A stretch of 64,000 nucleotides of DNA from Lepidodermella squamata. Its lineage: Eukaryota; Animalia; Gastrotricha. Below are positions 1-10,632 of the stretch, piece after piece. The DNA is taken from assembly GCA_047495785.1 (NCBI GenBank), contig JBLDXI010000066.1:682001-746000 (forward strand), given 5' to 3'. Under the pieces are notes generated by a model. It saw nothing but the letters and a program-made list of their open reading frames with translations, did no database searches and had not been told where the DNA came from. The translations under genes and the position numbers were made by a program. The first letter of the stretch is position 1; each line of letters opens with the position of its first letter.

Positions 1-559
1 CCGAGTAATCTCCAAGTACGCGGTATACCGTGAAATCTAACTGGACGAGTCCGCAACTTATTGAGTAATTAAAAGAGTAATTTGCGAAAAAGGTAAAGTC
101 GTAATGTGTCACCGTGGATTTTTTAATTAATTTAATTTAATTTAATTTTGTAACATGGACAAAAGAGAAAGCTGCGAATAACTTTCTGGCTATAGCTGCG
201 TAATTTTGCTCAATTCGCCCCTGGCAGAGGGCGACTTAGACAGTAATGCCGAAGTTATGAGGTGAATAATAGTTATTGCAAATATTTGCTTATGGAAGTT
301 TTATTAATAATACAACTTTTGCTATGATCATCTTTAATATTACTATTATTATTATTTTACCGTTGGTGCCTGCGAAAAATTAATGCTTATCCGCCCCCAG
401 CACAACCAAGTTGTTTTTCGGCGGAGCGTATGCTCAGTTGTCAATCTAAATATAACTCTTTCCAAAAAACCACAAGAAGCTCCAACGGCCGAATTGTCTT
501 CTAGTCATTCATCCGCATTTCGCTTTATAATCTACCGTGAATTGCAATTTTTTCAAAAG

Positions 560-3320
560 ATGAGTTTGAGACTGGCTCTTCTCGCAGCGACCTTAGGCAT
601 CGCCTGCAGTCGTGGGTTTCCGCCTCTATCATCAATCATTTTAGATCATGTCTAATTTTCCAGAAAATAACACAGCTAGCAAGTTGGTCGAGTGCTCGAA
701 TGAAACAATTTCAACCGGCACCGGCGCTACCTTGGCCGTGACATTGTCCGCACTTGCCGATCATCGCATCTACTGCGCTGCCGGCAGCTACCTGAGTTCG
801 TGGTGGGGCGATGTTAGAGGAGCGATGGGAAATCCATCTCTATTCATGAGCATGGGATTCAAGTGTTGTAAGTCCTCGGTGGTTGGAAAATGCTATCAGG
901 TTATCACCAACCGCACGGATGACTCTAAGCTCGCCTATCTGGCCAAACAGGATGTCAAGTGCAACGGCAATGAAGTTCTGCAAGGTTTCAAGTCGACCAG
1001 TCAGAACGGTCAGATGAATTACAACTACACTTGTTGCGTGGTAAGTATCAATATCATGACGACCAAATTGAAATTACTGCCAGTAAAGCTTCGCTGACAA
1101 CAAGAGCAAGATTCCTATTTCAGGGGGTATCCTGGGAAATGGCCTCAAAATCTTGTAAACCTTTAGTGCCAGCTTGATCAATTCGGCCCGTGGTTATAAG
1201 TTATAAACAAGGTAGATTCTTTGTGAGTTTCCTGTGCTTGCGTAAAGTATCCTGGCGAAATGCTCCCTGTAAGCCGATTTTAAGTTTGCTGTTCTAGAAC
1301 TTGGTGGCTTGGATTTTCTTGTCTGGTTCGGCCTTTGCCAGGTCTTCAAAAACCCCTAGCACTTTGGCGACTCCGAAAATTCTTTGCCAGGCTGCGACGC
1401 CTAGCGATTTCTTCCATTTTTCTAATTTTCAGTGTGGGAAAATCTGCTAAAAAATTCAAACATTTTGCGTTCAAGCAATCAAATTTCTTCAAAATTTACA
1501 GCATTTTCTTTCATAATTTCTTCAAAATTTAAAAGAAATCTCACCCACAATTTCGGATGGTTTTCAGTCGGATAACATTGGATGCGAGCGAAGCGAGCTT
1601 TAGCTAACGCTATTTTTCTAGATTTTTCCCCCTTCAGGGTTCGCGACCCTCAGTTTGAGAAACCCTGGTCTTTGCTGTCATTATAATAGGTCCACCCAAA
1701 ATAAGCTTTTTTGCGGAATCGGGCACGTGATATTTAGAAAATAAATATAAAAGCCCCAAGGTAAGAGATCGAAGGGCTCACAAAGATGACCTGAGATCTC
1801 TCCTACTAAGGGCTATAAGGGGGTGCTAAGGCGTCGTAGGGGCAAAAAGTCGATTTTTCCGACCTAATGGTATAGGAACGGTTTCTCGGTAATTCAACCG
1901 CGCTGGATTCAACGAAATTTAAAGAATCGAACGAACGAAAACCCGTTGCTACTGTAAACAAAATATATAAAATATCGTATTTCTTACAAATTTCTAACAA
2001 ATGTAATTAGCAGTGAAAAACGCGAAATTTGATTACTGTATACTGTATACCTACTAATTTTCGGTGGTCATTAATTTTCGGTTTGATCTTTGAATTCGTT
2101 GTTTTTGCAAAAATACCGAAATTAAAACCACCGAATATTAATTCTAATTAAAATAAATCCATTTTTCCTCAGCGGCCAACTTAAAACCGAATTCAAATCC
2201 ACCGAAATTTAATGTACTGGGCCAAAATCTCCGAAACCGAAAATTAATGACCACCGAAAATTAGTAGGTATACAGTATCTCGTTGTTCAGTTTCCTAGGG
2301 AAGGGGTGGGGTCCGCAAATAAGGCCAAAATACCGCACTGCGCACACGCTACAATGGCACAGACTTGTGAATGAACCTTATTATTTGTTGTCATTCATTT
2401 CACCAACTTTCCAGGTTGAAGGAAGATTTACTGTTAACACCAGGGCGCTAACAACCAAATACACGTCGAATAATCAAGGAATGGCGTTCTTTAATGGCAA
2501 CAGCGTCTCTTGCGGCAACGGTGAGATTCTGCAGAGGTGGCACTTACAAAGCGATGACAGGACAGGCCTGGCACGCTTTGAATACTTTTGTGGTAGCATC
2601 GCTGCTTTGCCAGCGAACGCCGTCGTCAATCCTCAGCTGGAAACCTGCCGTAAGTCGGAAGGCAACTATTTTTAATCAAATAAAGCTGCTTTCATGTAGC
2701 TGCCAAGTGGTACCAGAAGTGCTCGGAGGACATCCTGAAAACCGTGGAATTCATGGACATGGAAGTCAAGGTCACCTCGGTTCTTGCGCATCTTCCTGTC
2801 CAATGTCCCAGTGGGAGTTACATAACTTCATTTGCACTGCGCAGGCCTGGCGGCGTCCAGTACTGGTACACGTGTTGCGCTGCCCCTATCACTTCGTCGT
2901 GCCGCGATGTCACTACCCAACAGACCCCTGGCTACTATGGAGACACCAATTTCCTCGACAGGCAAAATGTCCAGTGCAATGCTGACGAGGTCATGAGCAG
3001 ATTCGTGCTAAACTGGGAAAGTATTGGCGAGGGTAGAATCAGCTACACCTACACTTGCTGCTCGGTGAGAACTTTAAACATCAAACTGCTCTAGTTAATA
3101 ATGTGTATTTTGCCAGATCGTGGGTAGGTTCAGCACAGGTAACTTTGTAACTGGCTATGCGGATGAACAGGGAGCAAAAACGTTTTCCCTTGTCAGCCAT
3201 CGCCCGACCTGCCCCAATAGCTCGTTTTTGCAACAGTTTCAACTGAAGCGCAGTGGCAAAGGCACCCACCGTTATGAGTTCACCTGTGTCAGGACCGATA
3301 ACGAGTCCTGTGCCCAGTGA
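560..3320 (+). CDS. Secreted cysteine-rich protein with 6 repeats (2 x 3) of ~50 aa; 5 exons (560-611, 664-1040, 2415-2649, 2700-3064, 3117-3320), 410 aa
   Basis: Signal peptide MSLRLALLAATLGIACS; GT-AG sites join in phase to 1233 nt; repeats of the form L-x-x-(H/Q)-x-V-x-C-x3-(E/S)-h-L-x2-F-x-L...Y-x-Y-x-CC. Confidence 0.85.
1635..1667. mobile_element. Possible hAT(Charlie)-like terminal remnant
   Basis: cagggttcgcgaccctcagtttgagaaaccctg resembles the typical Charlie-type 3' end; no partner end found. Confidence 0.3.
2043..2275. mobile_element. MITE with TA target-site duplication (Tc1/mariner-type) in intron 2 of the first gene
   Basis: ~40 bp perfect terminal inverted repeats CTGTATACCTACTAATTTTCGGTGGTCATTAATTTTCGGTTT / complement, flanked by TA on both sides. 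Confidence 0.8.
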
Positions 3321-3490
3321 ATTTCGGAGGCGGTGCCGCTTGCAGATAAGTCGGCGGCTGGGCAGTGAGAATTGAGTGATGTGTATGAGAACTTGCTGAA
3401 GAGACAGATTAACGTTGAAGTAATAAAGCGAAACCTCGGAAATGACCACAAAAATCCCTGAATGATGAAAGATGAAAGATTCCACAGTTT

Positions 3491-3648
3491 GCGTCGTTCG
3501 CGTTCGACTTGTACCTTGTACCTTCGCCTACCCTGAGCCGCCGTAAAAACAAACTCTAATTCCGAGTTCTGAGGTGACCAACGACGCTAAATCAAAATCC
3601 TAAATGCAAGGCGCTTCCTGTTTCTTACACTATTAAGCTCTTTTCCAC
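3491..3648 (+). repeat. Dispersed ~160 bp non-coding repeat, copy 1
   Basis: Shares ccctgagccgccgtaaaaacaaactctaattccgagttctgaggtga and gcgcttcctgtttcttac-ctattaagctct with 7973-8136. Confidence 0.85.
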
Positions 3649-4168
3649 GATGCTATAACCACCACGATGCATAGCCCATGATAAGGAGACAATTCGCCAG
3701 TTTTAATGTTGCATTTTATTTTTTTTCATTCGTTTCAGGTTCTGTCTTTTAGAATACGTTTTTGCAAAATTATAAATATTGTGCAAGTGAAAGCGCGCTG
3801 GCGCAGAAGATATAATTCTAGCGTGCAAATAAATAATTGCATCGCTTCAATAAACCAACAAACTTTCTTTTTTAGAGGCCGATTGGTGGTTTATCAAAGT
3901 TGCAGAAGATCAGGAACCTAATCATTCATCCCATTCCTACTACATAAATAAGCTATATGGTTTGCTCCATATCAAGTGCTTAATGCATTCTCAAAGAATT
4001 AGCCGAATGTTACAGAAAGTTTTTCCTGGATCCAAATGTTTGAATCTTTGAGGCCTATTGAGGCTCATTGAAGTATCGGAGGAGAATTTTCGTATTTAAT
4101 GGATTGCCCTTCCCAAAACTTAATGAAGAACGATTCCGGTTCCTGCGACCTCGATCACTGGAAACTTT

Positions 4169-5016
4169 TCACTTGTCCATAACCGGACTGTCGCTGTCCT
4201 GTCGGAACAACACCGCTACGTACACCTCATCTGACAAATTGATCTCCATAGCGATGTCGTAAGGCCGTCCATAGGAGTAGGCCGAGCCATTCGAGTCTGC
4301 CTTCGTATACACGAAGCTCTGCCAGGTACCACGGTACAAATTCTCGAACTTCTGTTTCAAGTAATACGCCACGGCTTGCCCAGATTTCAAACCGAACTGC
4401 TGGAAGGCCTCGTCGAACGCCTGAATAGCTGCTTTTTCGACTTCGTCCGGGAGTAGCTTGTCTTTTGATACAGTCTTCGCTGCTGACGGTAATAATGAGT
4501 ACGACATACCAGCAGAAGTCAAATTTAGAAGCTTTCCCAAATCTAAGCGGGCAATACGAAATCGGTAAAAACTTGTGTTGAAGTCCAGAATCCGGCAAAC
4601 TCACCATCTGAAACTGCAATATCCGAGGAACTTAGCTGGTCCAATTCTGGCAGGAAATTAAAATAAGTATTTTTCATCAAATAAGTTTAAAAGAGGAATC
4701 ATATCGAATTCAAAGGTTACGTATCAAAAAACATTAGGTAACTATTTAATTCTGGTACGCCAGAAAATGAGATCTAAGAGAACGGGTTCGCGAGATTTGG
4801 AGAAGAAGATAAGTAAATAGTTTTCCTCAAACTTTGGTAGTTTCACCGTGTGGGTGTTACAATGTAACAAGTGTGTATCATGCTTATCATGCTATACTGT
4901 ATAAGTATCTCACGATTTTCTATTGCTGGTATTGAGGTTTCGAGGGAAATGGAGACCGCATCTGCAGCGCAGCACATTGTCAATAGAGCAAAACTCAATA
5001 GGGCTGGCCAATGCAT
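4169..5016 (-). CDS. Signal peptide + microexons + dynein light chain (LC8)-like domain; exons 5016-4914, 4646-4605, 4542-4510, 4461-4169; 156 aa
   Basis: MHWPALLSFALLTMCCAADA signal; 42 and 33 nt phase-1 exons; last exon AAIQAFDEAFQQF...VAYYLKQKFENLYRGTWQSFV...VAVLFR parallels LC8 (IAxxIKxxFDxxYxxTWHCIV...AILLFK). Intron 3 (48 nt) is in frame with a weak acceptor, so it may be retained. Confidence 0.7.
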
Positions 5017-5066
5017 TTTGGACATTTTCAAATAATAAAAAACCTAAAATAGAGATAACATTCTAA

Positions 5067-6006
5067 AGGTGGATTCACTAATGTGCGAATTTTCGGATAC
5101 GAATATTTCGCGTACGACCGTCGCACTGTCGGGTGCGAAAATCGCATCGTTGTTCATATACTATCCGACGTTGTCGCGTGTCGTACCGTCGCATCAGCGT
5201 TTCGTACGACAGTCGCACCGAGTGTTCATAAACGCTAGTCAGAGAACAATGTGCGCGTGCGACAAGATTCGACTAGGGCGCGCGCACTCAAACAATGGAT
5301 TTTGTCGCATGGACCTGGCCTGTCGCATCGCACGCGCGATTTTGGTGGAATTTCGCGTGTGCGACACGACAGCTTAGAATCGTCCGACAGCAGGGAAACA
5401 ACGTCCTAGTTCGGTCCACTTCAAGCGCGCAATCGAAGAGTATTAGTGGACTTGTGCGCGAAACTTGGAGGAATAGACAACGCACTATTACTCTAATGCG
5501 CAAAACAGCACATCAAAATTTTTAACAAAACGGTGGCCGCGCGCACTAATGTCAAAAGGCTAATATCGAAAACAATGGCGGCTTTTATACCAAATTAAAA
5601 CTCAAACAATTCTCTATCGAATGACTACGAATTTCTTGCTTAATAAATTTACATAAAAATTTGTTGGCGCCCTCAATAATCCGCGAGGTGGTGCCGTGCT
5701 AAGTGAAAATAGTTAAATTATAAAATGTCGATGAAAATACGCGGAAATAGGGTAACTGATGCCGAAAATAATGATTTTTCTGGTTAAAAGCTTGGTTGGA
5801 CAAGTTTTGTGCAAATTTGGTTTCCTTTCATATAAAAATTAGCCGCGCGCGACACTGTCTCAGCACCCGCGCGTGTCATTGTTTTGTGCGCATACGACTG
5901 TGATATCCCTCGGCTGTCGTCCGCGGATTTGATGCGACAGAGCTGCGACAGTCGCATGCGACGGTACGACACGTGTCGTACCTGTCGCACATTAGTGAAT
6001 ACACCT
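5067..6006. mobile_element. Non-autonomous PIF/Harbinger-like element (940 bp)
   Basis: TIRs AGGTG(G/T)ATTCACTAATGTGCGA; TAA on both sides (5064-5066, 6007-6009); repeated subterminal TGTCGCA/TGCGACA motifs; absent from the paralogous site near 17495. Confidence 0.85.
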
Positions 6007-6009
6007 TAA

Positions 6010-6607
6010 CAAAAATAAGGAATTCTTCCTGGTAAAGGAGCTGTTTCCATAGATTGGTGTCCGCTGATACCGAAGTCGTGAAGAAGAATGTTTTGAGTGT
6101 AAATGATCATCTGGCTGCGATTCAGAATTCATGCACATCACTTCAGCTTAAGCTGTGAGCCGCGCAAAATGAAGCTGCTGCATTGCTTTAAGTAGTAAAC
6201 AGTGAATAATGCAGTTAATAAATTCGACCATGCTGTTTTGCATGAAATTTGATCCACTATGAAATTTTCCCAATCTAACTTGCAAATTAATGAATTTAAA
6301 ATGTGTTTTTGAATTGTAATTTTTTCTGTTTTACAGCCAATTAGTCGATAGATGGTGCCCTTTTCTGCTTCTTTGCTGTTGAATTCATTTCATCATCAAC
6401 CTGACAGGTGAAACAATGGATTAATTGGCCTTGCATCCGCCGACCGTGAAAAATGGTCGTTTCCACTAGAGCGTATCTCATTATCTCCATAGCGAACATA
6501 ACGAACCTATATGGCTCAAAAATATATATGGTTTTTTTGGTATTTTTAAAGAATTCAACAGAATTTGACCGGGCAATTGGAATTTGACTTTTCAGCCAAT
6601 TCACTTT
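6010..6607 (-). promoter_or_regulatory. Upstream region conserved with 17500-18267 (putative shared promoter of the two cassette genes)
   Basis: Colinear similarity, e.g. ttgctttaagtagtaaacagtgaataat and aattggccttgcatc-gccgaccgtg-aaa in both copies. Confidence 0.55.
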
Positions 6608-6915
6608 TCAGTCAGTATATTATCGGAAATATATTTTTCTGTGCTTGTTGGTAGAATACTGCATCCCGATGATGCCTGACTCGGTGTTCGCAGCAGCGAT
6701 CTGGGGGAGAGACACTGGCTTCGAAGCCGACCCCATACTCCGATCATCCCCCAGGACTGCACAGCTACGTGACGAAGTTTTGGTTGGATATCGGAGACCG
6801 TCTCACTAGTCTCACGGAGACCGTCATTTTGGACCTCGATCTTGGCGCCCCATTTTGAGATGTAAAGCAACCCTATCAACAGCGGTATCAGGGAAATCAC
6901 TAACCTTCTCATTGT

Positions 6916-7360
6916 AGCTATTTTTGCTGGTTTTCGGCTAATCTGCCATTCTTCTGCCACGGTTGGCTCTTTCGGAAAATGTTTGAAAATTGTAGAAAAA
7001 TTAGTTTATCCATATTGAGAATTTTCTCCATCCAACGATATAAAATTTGTGTGGTAATTAATTAATTTTGATTTTCCGATATTTTTTGGCTTGAATAACG
7101 ATTTCTTTTTCATGCAACTTGGACTTTGGATTCTCTCGCCGCGTTGCTTTTTTCAGAGTTGTTCGCAGCGAAAAATCGTTATTCAGGCCAAAAATATCGG
7201 AAAATCAAAATTAATTAATTACCACACAAATTTTATATCGCTGGATGGAGAAAATTCTCAATATGGATAAACTAATTTTTCTACAATTTTCAAACATTTT
7301 CCGAAAGAGCCAACCGTGGCAGAAGAATGGCAGATTCGCCGAAAACCAGCAAAAATAGCT
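6916..7360. repeat. Foldback / long inverted repeat (~190 bp arms, ~65 bp spacer)
   Basis: 6916-~7105 is the near-perfect reverse complement of ~7172-7360. Confidence 0.9.
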
Positions 7361-7972
7361 GTTTTCACTAAATTCTAGAAAAATAACTATGCGAGCCTAC
7401 AAGATGTACCTGGGCTCATTCGATAGACCCTGAAATCAAGTATTTATCTACCGAAACTTAAAAAACTAGAAAAGGGACTATTCGGTCGGTCGATTTTTGA
7501 AATTAATTAAAATTATAATGGGTGGATAGGGCGTTGAGTGGCATAAAAAGTGGTCGCGTGCCGCACTCTTTGCAATAACAGCTCGAATAAATTCACTATA
7601 GGAAGATCGTTTGCGTCCTATCTGTTACAGTGTTGTCTATGCTTGATAGCTTCCTGATTATACCGGCGTTTGGAACAACTGTTTTTGGCGTCCAAGGAAT
7701 CAGTGCGGACAAGATCTGCATCGCCGAGCCCCGACCCGATCCCTTCAAAATGCTAAGAGGGCATATTAGTTTACAGTAGCTTTGCATTAAGCCGGACATA
7801 TTGGCCTTACAATGCGACGATTGATAGGTAGCAACGTCATAATGATTTATCGTTATTGTGTTTTCATAAATGATGATGGAATGATACGACAAATTATTTT
7901 AAATAATATGCTGTGTTGAATTACAGTAGAAGCGCTTGTCTGCTTTTCTCTTCTTATCGCAATGATGGAAAC

Positions 7973-8136
7973 GCGTCGTTTGCGTTTGACTTGTCAACCT
8001 TCGCCCACCCTGAGCCGCCGTAAAAACAAACTCTAATTCCGAGTTCTGAGGTGATCAACGGCGCTATGCGCTATATCAAAATCCTAAACGGCGCAACAGC
8101 GCTTCCTGTTTCTTACTCTATTAAGCTCTTCTCCAC
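7973..8136 (+). repeat. Dispersed ~160 bp non-coding repeat, copy 2
   Basis: Direct repeat of 3491-3648; ~140 bp upstream of the nuclear receptor ATG. Confidence 0.85.
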
Positions 8137-8277
8137 CCTTCAAAATCGAATTCAATAAGCACTGAACTTAGTGACACCTTATACTTGCGGCTAATATTTA
8201 ACTTGCATTTGACTCATTTTATCACTGTATCATCTATCATCTAACACATATCACTCCGCTGTCCTAATATTTCAAAG

Positions 8278-9592
8278 ATGATATCCCTGCCCTCTCCGAA
8301 ATGTAAGGTTTGCAACTGCCCCGTTGTGCCACGGGCTTGCTATCAACCGAGAACTTGTACTGCTTGTCAGAAATTTTTCCGCCGCAACTGTGAGAACTGG
8401 CAGCGATTGAGGTGCACCCATAATTGCGATGATTCACCCATTTTGAAGGAGAGAAAACCTCGGAATTGGTACAAATTCGGTTGTCCGAAATGTCGATTCG
8501 AAGCATGTGTTCGCGCAGGTCTTAAAAGTAAGTTCGTATAAAATATAAAAAGGCCATTTGTTGAATATTCCATTAAATAATTTAGGCAAGTACTATATGG
8601 CGTCTGAAACAGAGAAAAATCCTTCGGATTCGCCCTCCAAAGAACGAAGCAGCCAGTGTACTCCGATACAAAACCCGACGGTTTACAATGGCGAGGACGT
8701 CGAGAACATCATACGGCTGGCAATAACGGCACTAACTTATCTTCACCAGCTTGAATTCGTGAGCCTCTCGATTTTCTTCTTCATTCGAGGATGAAATTGA
8801 CGTTTTTAAGCTTCCTTTGAGGGAACAAATCAGTATTGAAGATGTGCACAATCCTCAAATTTTCTCGCAAATCTTGGTGCGGAGCATCAGTGAAGTATTG
8901 TGCATAGGCCTTGAATTCTCAACATTCTTGAAAGGTTTGCTAACCCTGGCGCTCAATATTACGTGCAATTGAAACGAGATGCGTTAGATTCATTTTCAGA
9001 TACCTGAAAATGACGTCCCAGCAATGATGCGTGGTAGCTGGAAGAAAATACATTTGGCTTACTCAGCTCTGCCATCAACTACAGGCAGCATGTTAATAGG
9101 ACCGAACAATCTGGACAATTTTTTGACCTTGGATCCTGAATTGCGGGTTCGTTTGAAAGGAAACAAACTGAATCCTACTATAAAAAAAACCTTTCCCAGT
9201 GTGTTGTTGAGGCCGAAGAAGAGGTTGCGTCTGAAATAAGTAAATGGGGCCCTACGCTGCCGGAAATCGCAGTCTTCAATCTTCGGCTGTTCTTGAAAAG
9301 TAAGACCGGAAATTCTCTAGAAAATTCACTTCTGATCAAAAATGGGGTTCTCTTAACAGATGCGATGGCATGCAGTTATCATTCTCGCCGTCTCAAGCAG
9401 CGAGTGGATACAGCATTCTCAATGGTTTGCTCAACGCGATTCAGGGAGAATCCTGGTAAAGCTCTCGTGCAGGTGGGTGCGGTCGAGCGACTGCTCGCCG
9501 TAGAAGCAGACCTAATGAACCGGGGTGCAGCGGCCGTTTCGGCAAGGCGTCGGTTGGATGACCAGTCCTCCGACTATTTTCACCGGTTTTGA
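8278..9592 (+). CDS. Divergent nuclear hormone receptor (C4 zinc-finger DBD + degenerate LBD), multi-exon
   Basis: CKVC...CTACQKFFRR...CTHNC...CPKCRFEACVRAGL; exons 8278-8527, 8586-8758, 8811-~8934 join in phase; later exons (ENDVPAMMRGSWKKIHL; TLPEIAVFNLRLFL) resemble LBD helices; 3' junctions not fully resolved. Confidence 0.75.
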
Positions 9593-9684
9593 TAATGGGG
9601 CGGTTATTTCTTTTTCTTATTGCTCCTGAAACAATGACTTGAGATGAAATAGAATGCGAATTATTAAATAATTTTCTATATGGA

Positions 9685-9907
9685 CATCTTAGTCCGGATT
9701 TTGCGGAGTCAAAGTCCAACTACGTGTTGCTCTGATGGTCGATATGATAGCATCAATGGGATCAATGGGGCTTGGCAGCACGCGATTCTATCAATTGATT
9801 AACATAGTGTGAAAAAAATCACACCCACCAACCCGACCAGCCCCACTATCGCGACCGACCCAGCAACAAGTAGTTGGACTTTGACACTGCATATCCAGAC
9901 TAAGATG
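9685..9907. mobile_element. Degenerate MITE-like inverted repeat
   Basis: catcttagtccggattttgcggagtcaaagtccaactac pairs imperfectly with gtagttggactttgacactgcatatccagactaagatg. Confidence 0.6.
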
Positions 9908-10632
9908 GATCTATTCTCACTAAATATTCTTGAGTCTGAAGAATGGTAATCGCACACTGAATTGTTTCAAGAACGAATCTGTGAGGCTATAGGTAATTTA
10001 TTCTCCAATTTTCTGCGACTGGTGATAGGCACACTAGGAAATGATGCATAATCAATTGGAACAGCTGGATGATTGCGCATTCGAAATGCGTGGGATGCAA
10101 AATGATTAGCTTGCGTTGTAGGGTGGTGATCTAGGAGGGGGCGCTAGAACAGAATCGAAGTTCGCCTTTGGTCACTATGCAAACAAGAAGAGTATGAATT
10201 AAATTGTAATAGCATCATTGCGCTGATGTCAAAGGGCAAATAATTTCGAATATTGCCCTTGCGAAATGGGGACGCTCACTACTTCACGCATGAAATATAC
10301 CGCCGCATAAAACATAAACATAAAAATCTTTTATTGTGTCCCCGTTAGCATCTTCAATAACTCAGCAGCAATAAACAACAACAACAAAATAAAGTAGAAG
10401 GAGAAAAATACTAACAAGGCACGGGCCAGCTATGGAGAGCCGCGCTCGTCGACGACGGTGCGCGCAAATACACAGATGGGTGAGCAGAGGAGAGAGGGAG
10501 AGGTAAGGCGGGGTAGTTATCAAAAGCATGGGAGTCAAGGTAGAAGCAGCGGTAAAGTATGAGGGAGAAGGAGGAGGCAACAAACAAAGACGGAGAAATT
10601 GGAAGAAGAAAGGGGGAGAAGGTGAGGTATGG

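Noticed and set aside
1584-1617. gcgagcgaagcgagctttagcta motif, inverted copy near 58790-58817
   Set aside because: Short common dispersed-repeat fragment; no structure linking the sites.
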